From Ophelia neglecta (lineage: Eukaryota): 64,000 bases of DNA. A program made the position numbers and the translations under genes. The DNA is taken from assembly GCA_965285935.1 (NCBI GenBank), contig OZ260663.1, positions 87,048,001 to 87,112,000 on the forward strand. Reading direction: 5' to 3'. Positions 1 through 13,077 of this stretch are shown here, one piece after another (the first letter of the stretch is position 1; every line of letters starts with the position of its first letter). Below the pieces are notes generated by a model. That model made no database searches. It saw nothing but the letters and a program-made list of their open reading frames with translations, and had not been told where the DNA came from.

Positions 1-505
1 TTCTCTATACAGCAGCCCAGAATACAGGGAATTGGCGTACACCGGAATCCTGTATGAACCTATACACAAGAAACAGTACGCCTGGTCTGTGTGGAGGAAC
101 ACGTCTTGGAGGAGTAATGTGACGGTTTACGGACAGCGCCGGTACTATTCTCCAGTCATATTTGATGTGATTCTGGTCAACCCGATGAAGATGTACAGTA
201 CCGTTGATTACAAGGTCCACGTATCCCAGACCGGTATTTACTATGTACACATCACGGGTAGTGCCTCATTCCTGCGCCATCAGGTGTTGGCCATTATTGT
301 TAATGGAGCTATGCAAGGCTATACATCCAGAAGATTTAAAAGAGCACGATCCAACATAATTGAGACTACCAGTACTGGTATTCTCCTCACCTTAAAAGCC
401 GGAGACAAAGTCTGGATAAAAGCTAGAGCATTTAAATCATATGGCTTCTATAGTAACCCGAACCTGGCTACAGGTTTCTGTGGATTTCTGGTGTATGCTA
501 TGTAA
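1..505 (+). CDS. C1q domain-containing protein, 3' part (5'-truncated by the window), probably with tandem gC1q domains
   Basis: gC1q-like motifs VIFDVILVN...TGIYYVHITG...STGILLTLKAGDKVWIK...FYSN...GFCGFLVY*. The frame is open from base 2, and the first residues (LYSSPEYRELAYTGILYEP) resemble the end of a preceding C1q domain. Confidence 0.8.
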   Translation, partial: SLYSSPEYRELAYTGILYEPIHKKQYAWSVWRNTSWRSNVTVYGQRRYYSPVIFDVILVNPMKMYSTVDYKVHVSQTGIYYVHITGSASFLRHQVLAIIVNGAMQGYTSRRFKRARSNIIETTSTGILLTLKAGDKVWIKARAFKSYGFYSNPNLATGFCGFLVYAM

Positions 506-796
506 CCTGGGCACTGTGTCGATGAGCCATGGATTTCTGGTTTATAATTTTTAAAGTAAACATTTAATACATCAGTGTAAATAAACTCATTATTAACATA
601 TAGAAATATGAAATGCACTGGCATAAACAAATGTAAGGCATGGATATTTCATGGACATTCTGTATGCCTCAACTCTCAACAATGTGAAATGATATCATAG
701 TGCATATATTTTGATGTGTGTCGATTGTGCTTACATTTTGAGATAACACAGTGTGTCTATGTAAATGGAAAATATTTAAATGTGTATGACGATGTT

Positions 797-799
<3 letters not shown>

Positions 800-830
<31 letters not shown>
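800..830. repeat. (TA)n microsatellite
   Basis: About 15 perfect TA units. Confidence 0.95.
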
Positions 831-835
<5 letters not shown>

Positions 836-1444
836 CTATTCTTACCCCAAATCACAATTCCCACCTTGTCTTTATAGTACCTGCATGTTGGCGGAGTTAG
901 TCACTTAATTAAGTTATTTTTTTTACTTACATACGCAATGGTGAAATGTTTTTTGAGTTCAAATATGTGCTATTGAAATGTAAGTGTAACTCCAATATTC
1001 CAACACTTAAACACATCCTAAAATGAATTAATCACCCAGAATGCTACTTGAAAAAGAACCGTCCAGAAAGGGCGGACAGGCAACTTTATATGTAATCTTC
1101 GATGTATTTCGACGCCATTCAGTTCACATTTGGTAACATGATATTGTCAAGGGATCAAATGTTTAGTTTTGTTTTAATGTTTTGTACAGTATAACTTTTC
1201 CTCGTGGATCAAACTAACAATAAACTGTTTGGGGAAAGCAAGGGCCGGTCTTGGCACAATGGCAGTCTGGGCCATGTTTGGGGCCGTTTGATATTTTCGT
1301 TCCGGCGCGCGTAGCTTTCTGGCTTTTAAGAGATGCCCAGACATTTGTTTGAGCTCTTCAGTCGGTGTTATCGGTCCCCAGCAGGTGCAGGAATGCCGGG
1401 GCCCCTCACAATAATAAGTCAGTTGTTTTTCTGAATTGTTCCCG

Positions 1445-4400
1445 TCAACAACAAAGGAATAAGAGACAGGCCACAATCATCATTAATAGCCAATGGATCA
1501 GGAAATGGGTGGGGGTCAGAAGGGCAATACACATTAGACCAATCACAAGAGTCCAAGAGCCCTCATCGGGTTTTGATAGCTCACTTTCTCCTTGATGAAC
1601 ATCATTCTGAGCTGTATCATTCTTGAATGTAGGTTCTCCCATTGTTTGACACATTTTGGCTGTTCGGACCTCGGATGTATATTCATCCGAAATTGCTTCT
1701 GCGTTGGGTCTTCTGGCCTTGTTTGTTTGGAGTCTTTGATGTTCGTTGTTGTCATTACGTTCTTTCCTATTTGCTCTGTTTGGATCACTATTTTCGGCAA
1801 GAGTTGCATTGCTATCGTCGACTCTAAAGGCAGATCTAAGTCGCATGATATCCTGGTCTTCTTGGTCTGTAGGGCTTTCCTCGCATAACTTTGCAACAGT
1901 ATCATTTTGGCATGATGAAACTGTACCCTCGCAAGGTTCATAAACAAACTTAGACTCACAATTACTCATTGATGCAGCAAAACTTGCTGCTGATGCCAAG
2001 TCAGTTTCCTGCTTGTCGGCAGCAATGTTCTCCTTGTTTTCTTCCAGGTAGACAAAACTCTTCGTGGTTGTCGTCGAAGCGTTAGTAGTACACATTTCCC
2101 TGATTTCGTCCTTTGTATTTCCTCTATCACTTAAGTAACCGGTAAGACAATCCGTCACGGTCTTATCAGCCTTCTGTTTATTTTCATGTGTTCCGTTAGT
2201 CACTTTAATGGATTTTTCAACGTGGAAAATTGGGTTAGTCTTTATCCCGATTGCGCCCATTTCCCCGTTGGATTTCATTATATGCTCAGCATCCAACTCA
2301 TATTTTCTTGTTGGTATCATTTCCGCATCGTCCAAAATATGTGTACAATCCTCATAGCCTTGGGCAGAACACACTTCTAATATATTACCCTTCGTACCGG
2401 TCTGGCTGACAGGGAATCGCAGTGCCGTTTGATCAACAAAAGTCTCTGGACAAGTTTGGCCTAGCAAGTCTTGCTTAACTTCACATTCAAGCGATTTCGG
2501 CTTTGTTTCGCTGTCATGGTTTTCACAATGAGTTAGTAAGTTACCATCCTTTTGAACTTTGACGCCAACCAGGCATTCATGTTTATGTTCGCCTGCAATT
2601 TTAAGCTCCAAACTAGCTTCAGGAATTTCTTGAATTTGCTCTTTGCTGTGCCCATCTTGAGTATCAGCGGACTCACTTTCTGAATGCGTTTTTGTGCTTG
2701 TTACATCCGCATGCACATCTGTATCCCCTAGATATTCTACCTGTCTTTGTATTGTCTCAAGCGACAAGTCCGCTGGGTGAAAGCTGCCCAGATGCTGACA
2801 AAACCGGATGTACTGCTGCCAGTGATTTCGACACTCCCCTACGCCACAGAGGGCGATCGGATCGCCGATTACCAACACACATGAGCGGGCGCGTGTTATG
2901 GCCGTGTTCAGCAGCTTTTCATCGGAGAGAAAGCCGAACATTCCGCCCGATTGGTTTCGTTGATCGAGACTGAATGTTCGGACAGTCGTCAAAACGACCA
3001 CCTCGAACTCCTTCCCTGAAAAAGCAAAGCTATATTTAAATGTGTTTCATAGTTAGGGTATTTAATAACCTGCAATAAGGGCCTGCGAGTCTACTTATGG
3101 CACTGATAATACATTGATAATTGGCACGATTTCATCTTCTTGTGTAAATAATCACACCAAACTGTTTCGATCCTAAGCTGCCTACAGACATACCTTGGAC
3201 ATTCCTAACTCGGTCGACTGTCACCCCATTTAGGTGCCGTTTTCGCAGAAAAAATCTTGTCTTTTTCACCTGGAATGATCCATGATAAAATTACTTGCTG
3301 ATAACGAAACTTAACTGCACGGTAATCATCATCAATATTTGAGGCATAAAAAGCTAAGGTAAAACAGTTGAATATATTTTGCTTTGCTGACCTGGGCGTC
3401 ATATGGAGACAAGACAGCTATATTTTCTTGCCGCCTTTCTCCCCATTCTACCGGCCAGTTGTCCAGGATTTCTGAAACGCGTGCTGCCACCTCCTGGATC
3501 TCTGCCACATTATAGAAGGAGGGGTTGTCCGTGTCCTGTTGACATTGACCCTGGGCCAGGTAAAACTGCAGCGCAGGTCTGGACGGGCAACCTATCTGCT
3601 GAGTACAAGCTTTTATTTCTCCGCCATAAAATGTGCTTGACAGGAAACGTATTATATCAGGGTGAGATCGGTAGTTTTGGCTTAACATTATTTGCAGTTG
3701 CGAGGCTTGTTTTCCATTTAAAACAGCGCTGTCCGCTCTGTAATGCAGGAACATACGCTCCAGCAGTGAACAATGAAGGTTTTGCTCTCTGGCCGCCTGG
3801 CTGTACACTTTGGGCGATATTTGCTTGTGATCTCCAACTAAAACAACACATGTCTTCTTGTCGGCCAAAGTGATAGGTATGAGTGCTTCTGCCTCTAAGG
3901 CCTGAGCAGCCTCGTCTATCAATATGTGAGAGAACAAGCCCCTGATTTCTGGAATAGGAGTCAAATATACAGCCGAGTGTAAGGTAACAATGACAATCTG
4001 GGCGTTCAATACGTCATCAACTGTAGGAGGGACAATCTGATTCCCGTCCTTGCTGACAGTACAGTAGGACCTGACCTCTGCTGGCACGGTATTCATACGT
4101 CGCCCAGAGTAGTAAATCCGCAGTATACGTATAGCAGGCTTGCCTTCTTTTGCCAAGCGCCTGTTGGCAGGGCCAAAGTGTAACTGAATGTACAAATCTG
4201 CAGCACTGAAACAAGTCGTATTTATGAAAGTTATCAATCTGGTTCGGTGTTTGTAGAGGCTCTCTGTTACCCGCGACCGGAGATACGTTGAAATAGATTG
4301 CATTTCTTTTTCTTTAAAAAATGTTACATTACTTGCAAATTTCTATTAGTTATTGCTATTTGAGCTTCATAAAAATAATTTTAATATTTTCAATCGCATA

Positions 4401-7400
4401 TAAAAGAAATTTTACGTTATCTGTATGGGAGATTTTGAGTTTGGTTGTTAAACTTTCCATGGTAGGAGTAAATACTTCAGGGCAACAAATGTATTTAGAC
4501 ATATTTTTGTTTACCTGTTTGATTGGGTGGAAATAAGTGTTCTTGTCGCTTGAAATTCGGTAGCCAGTAGTATAGCGGTTCTTGCCAATGTCAGTGTCTT
4601 CCCAGTGCCAAAAGGTCCATATAATAAAAGCGGGGGCACAAAATCCTGATGACTTTGACATGAATGCTTAACTACCTCCATTTGTTTCTCGTTCAATGGC
4701 CTAAATCGTAGATATGAGGATAAATTTAAATTGGTTTCATGGCATACGCAAAGACGGATATATGAACGAAGAAAATATAACATAATGATAACTTTTTTTG
4801 TGCTTGAAAGAGGTAATGAAATTTACTCACTTTAATTCTAGTAAACGCTGCCCAGCTTTGTAAGAAGTAAATTCACCAAGTTTGGGAAAAAGGGTAGCCC
4901 AATTGTTAGTTCTCCTAATCAAGTCTACGGCAAAGTGCATTTCCCAGAAAGGCTGATTGTCTACCTGGAACTGGACTTCTAGCGTCATAGTATCCTTGTC
5001 TTTTACCTTCAAGGAATGCACCGCATCCGGGTACAAGCAAACAAAGATATGGTCCAGGCAGCGTCCTAGAAATATTCGAAATAGCCACGAAACCTAGAGC
5101 GCATTTAGAATTAAGTTGTAGGTGAAAATGAATTTCTAAAATATATGACTGACCGTAGTGTCATGAAATAGAGAACGGAGACATGATACCTTCAAACCCA
5201 AAGTTGTTGCGGAGAACGAGTGGTGCTTCGTAGACTTTGTGATCGTTTGCCGGATGCAAAGCCAGCCAGACTGTGGTGCAGCTAGATAGTAACAATTGTC
5301 CTTGGCTTGTGTCCTCTGATAGATTTGACGGTAGCGGTAGGCGTACAAACAAGTGTCCTTCGGGGGCATTTACTAGTCCGGTATCCTCGACTATGACGTT
5401 CATCATCTGGCCTTCAACAACCATATTGAATCTAGTGTACCAAAAACCAACATGATAATCACGACATGCTGGTATTAATAGGCACTCGCAAATTTGTGTG
5501 GAATAATGTCTTCCGTGTTAACTGAAACGTTCATGTACATTCAAGTGGAGTACTACCCGTCCAGCTTTTTCATTACTAAAAGGTTTTAGACAATCGACAG
5601 GCCAACAACATATATAGCAATCTATAGAAAAAGAAAGTATTATTATTGGCTGTGATAATTTACCTTCCTACGAGATTGCTTCTCTCCATCTCCTCTAAGT
5701 TAAGCAGGCCGTGCATCTTTGCAACATAATTGCTCGGATTGAGGGTCATTTGACTCATATTTATGATGACACTGGGTTCAAAGTTGTGTTTGTCCTCATA
5801 TTTGGATCCCAGTTGATCCTGAAAACTGTCGGTTACTGGCTGCTCTTTGAAAGAAACTACTTCTTTGGATTTCTTTGTCCACCGTTCGGTCTGAAGACTG
5901 TCACGCACCTCACAAACAGGTTCCTGTGAAAATAACAGCACACACGTATTTATCTATATGTTCTTATCCATTTCTGAAGCAATACACGTCAAAAAGGACT
6001 ATTATTGCAAAACACGCCATATGGGAATTTTAACCATTTTGCATAATACTGACTTAGAACATAAAATAAATGTAGACTGTCGCTTCTATCTAGACATTTC
6101 ATTCCAAAATATAATCTACAAATTTAAAGCATGGATAACTCCTGCTTTGGTAAAATAAAGTTTACATAAGATCAGATTTTCATAGGCCTAAAGCAAGTAT
6201 CAAATCAATTTGAAGATTATATCAACATATTATATTGCAAGTCAGACTGAAAGAATTACTACCTCTATTTGTTGATCTCCTACGTCAACCTGGAATTTGC
6301 GCGAAATCAGGTTGTCATTGCCGAAGTCAAGTACAAGGGTCTGACTAAAAGACCCAAAGAAGCCCCCGGAGAATTCAACGTGAACTGCGTAAATTCTGTA
6401 TCCTTAAACAGAAAATGACAACCATGGACCGCCAGACGTACCCATTGTTAAACCGCCAATTGTCCACACAGCATTATCCCAAAATAAACATGTTATATTA
6501 ATACTCAAAGCCATCAAGATTCTCGACGTTACAAATTCATAACGTACTAGTGTCATTGGGAATATTCTGAAGTGGATCTACTATAATCATTTGGTGTTTT
6601 TTTTCTTCTCCATCTTTCAGTGAGAAAGAAAGTCGGTCCTGCTTGTGTAACAGCAATACCTGTTGAAGTGGCGTCACCTGCTGAAAGGACGAAGTATGAT
6701 TCTTCGGCACAATGCTTTCGAACTTAAAACGGGTCCAACAGACAGTATAAATCGACTGTACGTATAGTTTGTTTGACACCACAAATTGGAACATCATCAT
6801 GCGTGACCTTGTCTCTTGATTTTTCTAAAGAACATGGACATACCGATGTTACTACAGCTAATATCCACTCAAACGTTTCATTCTCTTGTAGAAGAGATAC
6901 CTGGAACTGCCTGTCACATATGATGTCCACATTTTCCATTTCGTCTTTAAACTAGTCAAAGTATTAACAAAATGTCATTTAAAACGCTGTTTTTAAAAAT
7001 ATATTGAAAAAAGCTGAATAGTCATTTCCCTAATTAGCAGGTCTAAAAAAAGGGTGCCATATTTACTAGGGTGCTTTCCGGGACCAGATTTAGTTTATCC
7101 AGGAGTTTATCGATGTAGCAATAGAGATTTCCTTCTCGGGCAAACTCTCTTTTCATCCTACGATACGACTGCCTTTCCTTCCATTCATCAAGCTCTTGCT
7201 CACTGTGAGCGTACATACATGCATTGAACTGCTCTTCAAGTCCGGAATAAGGGCATGACATCTTAATGTGCCTGCAGTGTGGTTTTGATTATAATTAGAT
7301 TTGCATAAAGTTGAATAAAACTGTACATATCATCTCCTTTATTATATACTTAACAAATACTCATGCCATTCATTCGCTGGTGGCTTGGTGTATACCAGTC

Positions 7401-10400
7401 CGTATACCTCATTTGAAATCTAAATGGTATAGCTGGAATCTATATGCATTGGGTCAAAGCCTGGCTTTAATATATGACAATAACTAACAACTGCAACAAC
7501 GGCATAAGTGTTGGATTTCCCTGACAAACCATATGAGAACCACGTACATGGATTATAGCTACGCCATATCGATGTCTTATCGATTCATAGTTCAAATTTA
7601 ACATGACAAGAAAAAAAAGGCTAAGAGATGCAATACCTTTGACAAAGCTCATATTGCCCACCCCAAGGCGGTGCTCGATATTGCCAGTGTTGTTCCTGAT
7701 CTGTTGCCAAAATGGTCACATGACCGCGAGATGCGCAATGCTGTTCCCACTGCCTGGTCCCACTGCAGGTCTTGTTACACACCTCGCAGTAGTATGGGGA
7801 TTCATCGTCAGTTACTTGCAACAGCCTGGTGGTAAACATGCATTATGCGATAAATGAATTAATATGAACAGTAGTATAAATATTTGAAACAATAAAACCC
7901 CCCACACACAAAAAATACCAATCACAAAAACATTCAATACTGTACAAAACTATGCATTGCTGTGCATTTGTTTATGATATATTTTATACGAATTGTTAAA
8001 AGAAATAAGCATTGTAATATATGAGGTTTGAGTCAAACATAATCTCATAATAACAGCAACTAATTGCAAGATGGATACGGTGAAGCTGATTCGGTCCATA
8101 TTTTACTTGCATCTTGTTAGATGACAAAAAGGCACCCGTAAATTTGTCGATAGACTATTGATTTTCAGATAAAGCTCCATGAAGTTCATTGCGTGCATTC
8201 GGTAGCTAAATACATGTCAGTTTTCTGTGTATATATAGACCACTCTATCTAACCATAAAATCCCCGAGCTGGGGTCTTCATAGATTAAAGGGCGTTCTAC
8301 ACTGCGACTCGCATCAGTCGCGTTCTAATAGTATGAATTCATTATTATTTTCTCATTTATCTAAAAATGATACATTTTAATTAATATATAATTGATTGGT
8401 ATCGCAGTGTTAACAGCATTTGACAATTCACTAATTGCATTCTATGTCGCCTGCTCTATATGCAGCCCTCTATTCGATACCTGATTCGCCAGTAACTTTT
8501 AATGTATGGTTTCATCAATTTTAGAAAACTGCATCATTTCAATATTCCAAAAATTTTGGCGTCAAGTTCACTACCTCTAGTATATATAATTATATGTATA
8601 TCAGGCCATTTCTTAGTGACCTTAATGGGCAGGTGATCTTATTAAAGAGGTGATCACAAACACAGGTTCCACTGTATATATTTTGCTCGACTTGGTATGT
8701 TTCCTAAGGAAGGATTTCTTATTGTGTAAAAAATAAAATATGGAAATTTATATAACGTTGTACATGACGAGTTTTTAAAGTAAAAATCTCACATAAGAAT
8801 GTTTGGAACCTCCTGAAAACAATTATTGGCCTCACAATTCATTTTGTTATAACATTACTTGGTTAATGGTTCGACATGAATTTTGTTGTTTCCTTCTTAT
8901 CACCACTCTCACTTTATTCACTTTGCATTTGATTGGAATGTAACGATTTGTTAACTTAGATCGAGATGCCACCGTATGTGTAATAGGTATGTTTATTTTG
9001 TTTTCAATTTAATGGTTGCATGCAAAATAACAGTTCCGGAAAAGACGAAAAGCTGATAAGGTTACCGTTCGAAATGACCTTACCTATTAAATGACCAATT
9101 TAATTGTCAACTGAATAAACAAAAAGGCACTGTACTTAACCCATTTCCGAAGTCTAAACTGTCATTTCAAGAAAGAGTTTGAAAGCACAACACTGTACTC
9201 GAGTTTTGATGAACGCGGAAAGCATAGAAGTATATAGCATATTAATAAGCACCCAAAACCAAATGTGTGTACCAAAACAAATGTGCGTTGGCAAAATCAA
9301 TAAATTATAACCTGGTACTAGGAAGAAAGGCCGGCTGGATTTGCCAGGACGCGGGTGTTCTTTGGGTGTGGTTTATGCGGTCACATAGAGCAATCTCCGG
9401 TTGGCCAGGCACGGACTTTTGCGTATCTTGAGTAGTACCGTTTGGCGCACATAGTCCGAACAGTTCATCACGCGTGAACACTAAAAACAACGAAATCCAA
9501 GTAATTTCTTATATCGACTCTATACATTATTCTTTTCTGATGTAAAATCTTTTTCGTTCAAATTTTCATGATACCTTGACAAAATGACATTCACAATCAT
9601 ATACACGTGGTAACCCAATTAACCATATCACTTTCAAATGAATTGAAAATAAAAGGTTTCACCAAATATAGGAAATAATTGGCGACCATGATTTTTATAG
9701 ATCTAAGGCGGCTCGGAGAGCATAAAATCAGTCCTACGTGCGCTACATTGTATCTATACGGGATTCCCATGTATAAACCCCCAATAGCCTTCTCTGGCAT
9801 ACTTGAACTGTAAACTGCTACTATTGACGACTGGTCATAAGACTCTCAATGTGTTTAAAAAATTCTTTAGCCTTAGATTAGTTTCAAACGAATCGATTTT
9901 AACTTATAACCCTGTTCAAATTCACTCTTTTGCATGGCGCACGTATCGCAGCTGTTCTTCTGACAGTTAAAACTTGTATTAGTAAAATAAAAGGCGAATT
10001 CGCCTTCCTTATACAACTGATATGTGATGCTGACAATTTGACTGGGTAAATTCAAAAATGGACCTACCATTGTGGTTACATTGCCACGTCCAAACTTCGC
10101 GTTCCGCCTCCGAATGATAAAACTGGCATTGCCGATTGCTCCAGCTCCTATAATTACAGCTACCTTTATTCTGGACTTGTTTGCAGAGGGAAAATCCGTA
10201 CGCAGGTAACACATCTGGTAGAGGGCGAACTTCATTTTTGCTGGGTAAAACCAAAACTGTCTTGTTTGTATCATAGTCTCCATGCTGCCCAGGTGCCTGT
10301 GAGCACCGAGGTAGAGTTTGGTGTTTCCTAGATATAACTCCAGTTTGCAAACAGTGACTGCAAACATCGATCAAACTATATGGGCATCTGAATAGGATCC

Positions 10401-11213
10401 CTGTTTGTTGTTTCTGCTTAGTCTGTTCCTCTACAGCTCTTTTCGCCTCAGACAATATTCTTTCTCGGCTAAAGCCGTTGTTCTCAATCTCCCACACGTC
10501 TCTCTCCAAGCTGCTGTGAGCGTGTACACAGCCTTCCCCGTTCAACCTTCGGTGACAGAACTTGTGAAACTTGCACAATTTGAAAAATGCGTCTCTATGT
10601 TTGAAATGACGCTGGCCGATTTCTACAACCTTAAGTTGACCGTCGAAAGTATACGACATATGACATAACATGGCATTGGTGGACCATATATGATTATCAG
10701 GCCCAGAACATGTACCTGTACCGTCTTTTCGCACGCACAGGACCCTCGGACGGTAGTTGTAACAGGACTGGCATAATTCCCGTAACTCTCCACCGTACTT
10801 GCTGATCAAATCCCGCACAACATGCTTGTTCTCAGATTGATGATCCAGAATGAAGGCATCTATGTCGAATGTACCAGCCTTACTCATGTCCCACAACGTT
10901 TTTTCAACGTCATTGTGTGCAAAAGTACATTTCACATCTGATCTGTGAGCACGATGGCATAGTCGGAACTTTTTAAAGTGAAGGTACTTTACATTCGGTG
11001 CTCTTCTTATTAACAGCCAACTTGCAGCATTTTCTATAGAGTGTTCTGAAATGCTTTGAACAATTAATGTATCTTTTTTACATTGATGCTCTACGCTAGT
11101 GACTATAACATGGAAGCTAGTGTCCGTTTCCAAATAACACGACGAGCAGACCAGTCTGAACCTATTTGTGTCTGACAAGGGGAAGAGTCGGTAATCGGAC
11201 ACAGGAACGGTTT
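1445..11213 (-). CDS. HELZ/HELZ2-family zinc-finger SF1 (Upf1-like) RNA helicase, about 13 coding exons visible, start exon not located
   Basis: GT-AG exons, approximately 11213-10068, 9480-9312, 7825-7637, 7271-7067, 6951-6844, ~6680-6545, ~6404-6262, ~5923-5664, ~5432-5154, ~5066-4832, ~4700-4514, ~4207-3393, ~3269-3195 and 3016-1445. Phases were checked and compatible for the first five and the last junctions. Motifs: C2H2 YYCEVCNKTC...WEQHCASRGH; C3H C...CMYAHSEQELDEWKER; FGSFSQTLVLDFG; Walker A LLYGPFGTGKT; ILIDEAAQ; VGDHKQ; NYRSHPDI; VQGKEFE; NTAITRARS. Confidence 0.88.
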
Positions 11214-12135
11214 CTGACAGAGATAAAAACGTGATCATGATATAGGTCATTTGTCAATATAACATATTCTAGTGGGTGAGTGTCGGTAGAGTTCATTATA
11301 TTCAGTTAACTTCAGTTCATTAGATATATGTACAATAATATTAATGTTTGAAAACTGGTATAATAAACAATAATATTTAAGGTAGGTCGAGGCTGGGTTC
11401 ATAGGAACGAGGTTCTTACAGTACGGATTGTGTACAAAACGGAAAACCAAAACCATAAATCAATAGCAGTGCACCAAAACAGTCCGAAATCATCAAGAAC
11501 TACCAGTTGCAGGCCCACAAACGTCAATCTGATCGGTATATAAACTCAACAGCTCCCCATAATATGAGTAATAGTACGAATCCAACGAATGAGTGGTCAA
11601 CTTAGGCCGCACACTGACTTATACTACTACAGTCAGCCGTGATTCTTTTACATTCGTTTTTATTCCAATTTTTGGGCCGCTTGTTAATCCATTACAATGG
11701 TATTTAGTCTAATAATCTGGGGTAAAAATGAATTAACAAATCCTGGCAATGGGGTGATAGAAAAATACGAACACAAATCAAATATCCACCTAAACATCGG
11801 CCCTATCTACTGTTTTTAACATTTCTAAGGTGCTTGGCAAATCTATATGTTATCACGTGTTCATACACGGCGCGCCATTAAAATAAAACACAAAAAAACA
11901 TAGGCATAATTCACCATAGTTCCAAATGTATTAAGAACCTCCCACCTAACACAATATTTGAGCAAAACCAAAGCAATTGTTGCTAACATTCAAAGCTTTT
12001 GCAATTGGCCATTTTACTCACAGCCGACATAGTCTACTTTCATACTACTTTGATCTGTCAGCAATCTATTTGCGTTTTATGCAAGTAGGGCGGATAAACA
12101 TGCGTATATACACGTAGTCATGAAAAAAGTAAGGT

Positions 12136-12204
12136 TTTGACGAGGCTTGAACACCGGACTTTGGACTGCGAGTCAGAGGCCTTATCCATTAGGCCACAGA
12201 GGCT
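12136..12204 (-). pseudogene. tRNA-Arg-derived pseudogene or SINE head
   Basis: The minus strand reads GTGGCCTAATGGATAAGGCCTCTGACT...GTTCAAGCC, with an A box and B box resembling eukaryotic tRNA-Arg. The anticodon and acceptor stems do not pair. Confidence 0.6.
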
Positions 12205-13077
12205 CTTGGCTATATGGCTGAACCAAGAACAGGATAGCATTAACACTAGACTAAACGTGTTACCTTAAATGTTTGTATATCGCATTAGTAGGCCTATAGC
12301 AAATGAATTTCCTCAAACAATCGATCGAGTCCCCTTCGGTGATCCTGATCGAGTATCAAAAGCTTTAACCCGAAGATTCGAAAAGAAATCAATTAACTCT
12401 CTGTTATATCTTCCCCTTGACTGCATGAAAGAATACGAAACCTCTATCTGCTAACGAAACTCCCCAACAAGTTATTACCTTGATAAGTTAATTCTGAATC
12501 ATATGGTGAATTTTAAATTAATTCTTCTCCGCTGTTTAAGATAAAAACAGTTAATATATTTTGAATATTTTAAGTTTGTTTACTTGAATTCATAAGAGAA
12601 CTAGTTTTTTGAGCATTCACGGCGACAAATTTTTTGTCTTCAACATCTACACCAGAAATGGAAGTGTTGGAATCGTTAGTAGAAATATTCTTTCCATATT
12701 GACAGTGTTTAATAACAGCTAGGCCATATCAGCGGAATAGTCCTTTACCTGGCGAGATCCCAGCGATTTCTGCTTTTTGTTTTTTACTTTTCTTCTTGCT
12801 TCGCTGTTTTGGCGTCTCGCTACCAGTAATTGCATTCTCTGACATCCTTTAAATTTATCTGCAAAACAAACTGTATGACTGCATAGATGGTCGAGAATAT
12901 TAGACGCAACAAGAAATTTGATATTTTGAAACATCAATAATTTTGTACCTGACTGTTAAATAAACGTGTGTTCATTAATTTCCGCCTTTGGTTTTGGAAA
13001 GTAAATCGCAAATCTTGCGAAAATTACTCATTTAAACACGAACCACCCCCGTTGAAGGAAATTAAAGAGAATAATGA

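Noticed and set aside
12136-12204. Functional tRNA-Arg gene
   Set aside because: The anticodon and acceptor stems do not pair; treated as a pseudogene or SINE head.
12719-12948. First coding exon of the HELZ-like gene
   Set aside because: Plausible splice sites, but no recognisable homology or confirmed phase and start.
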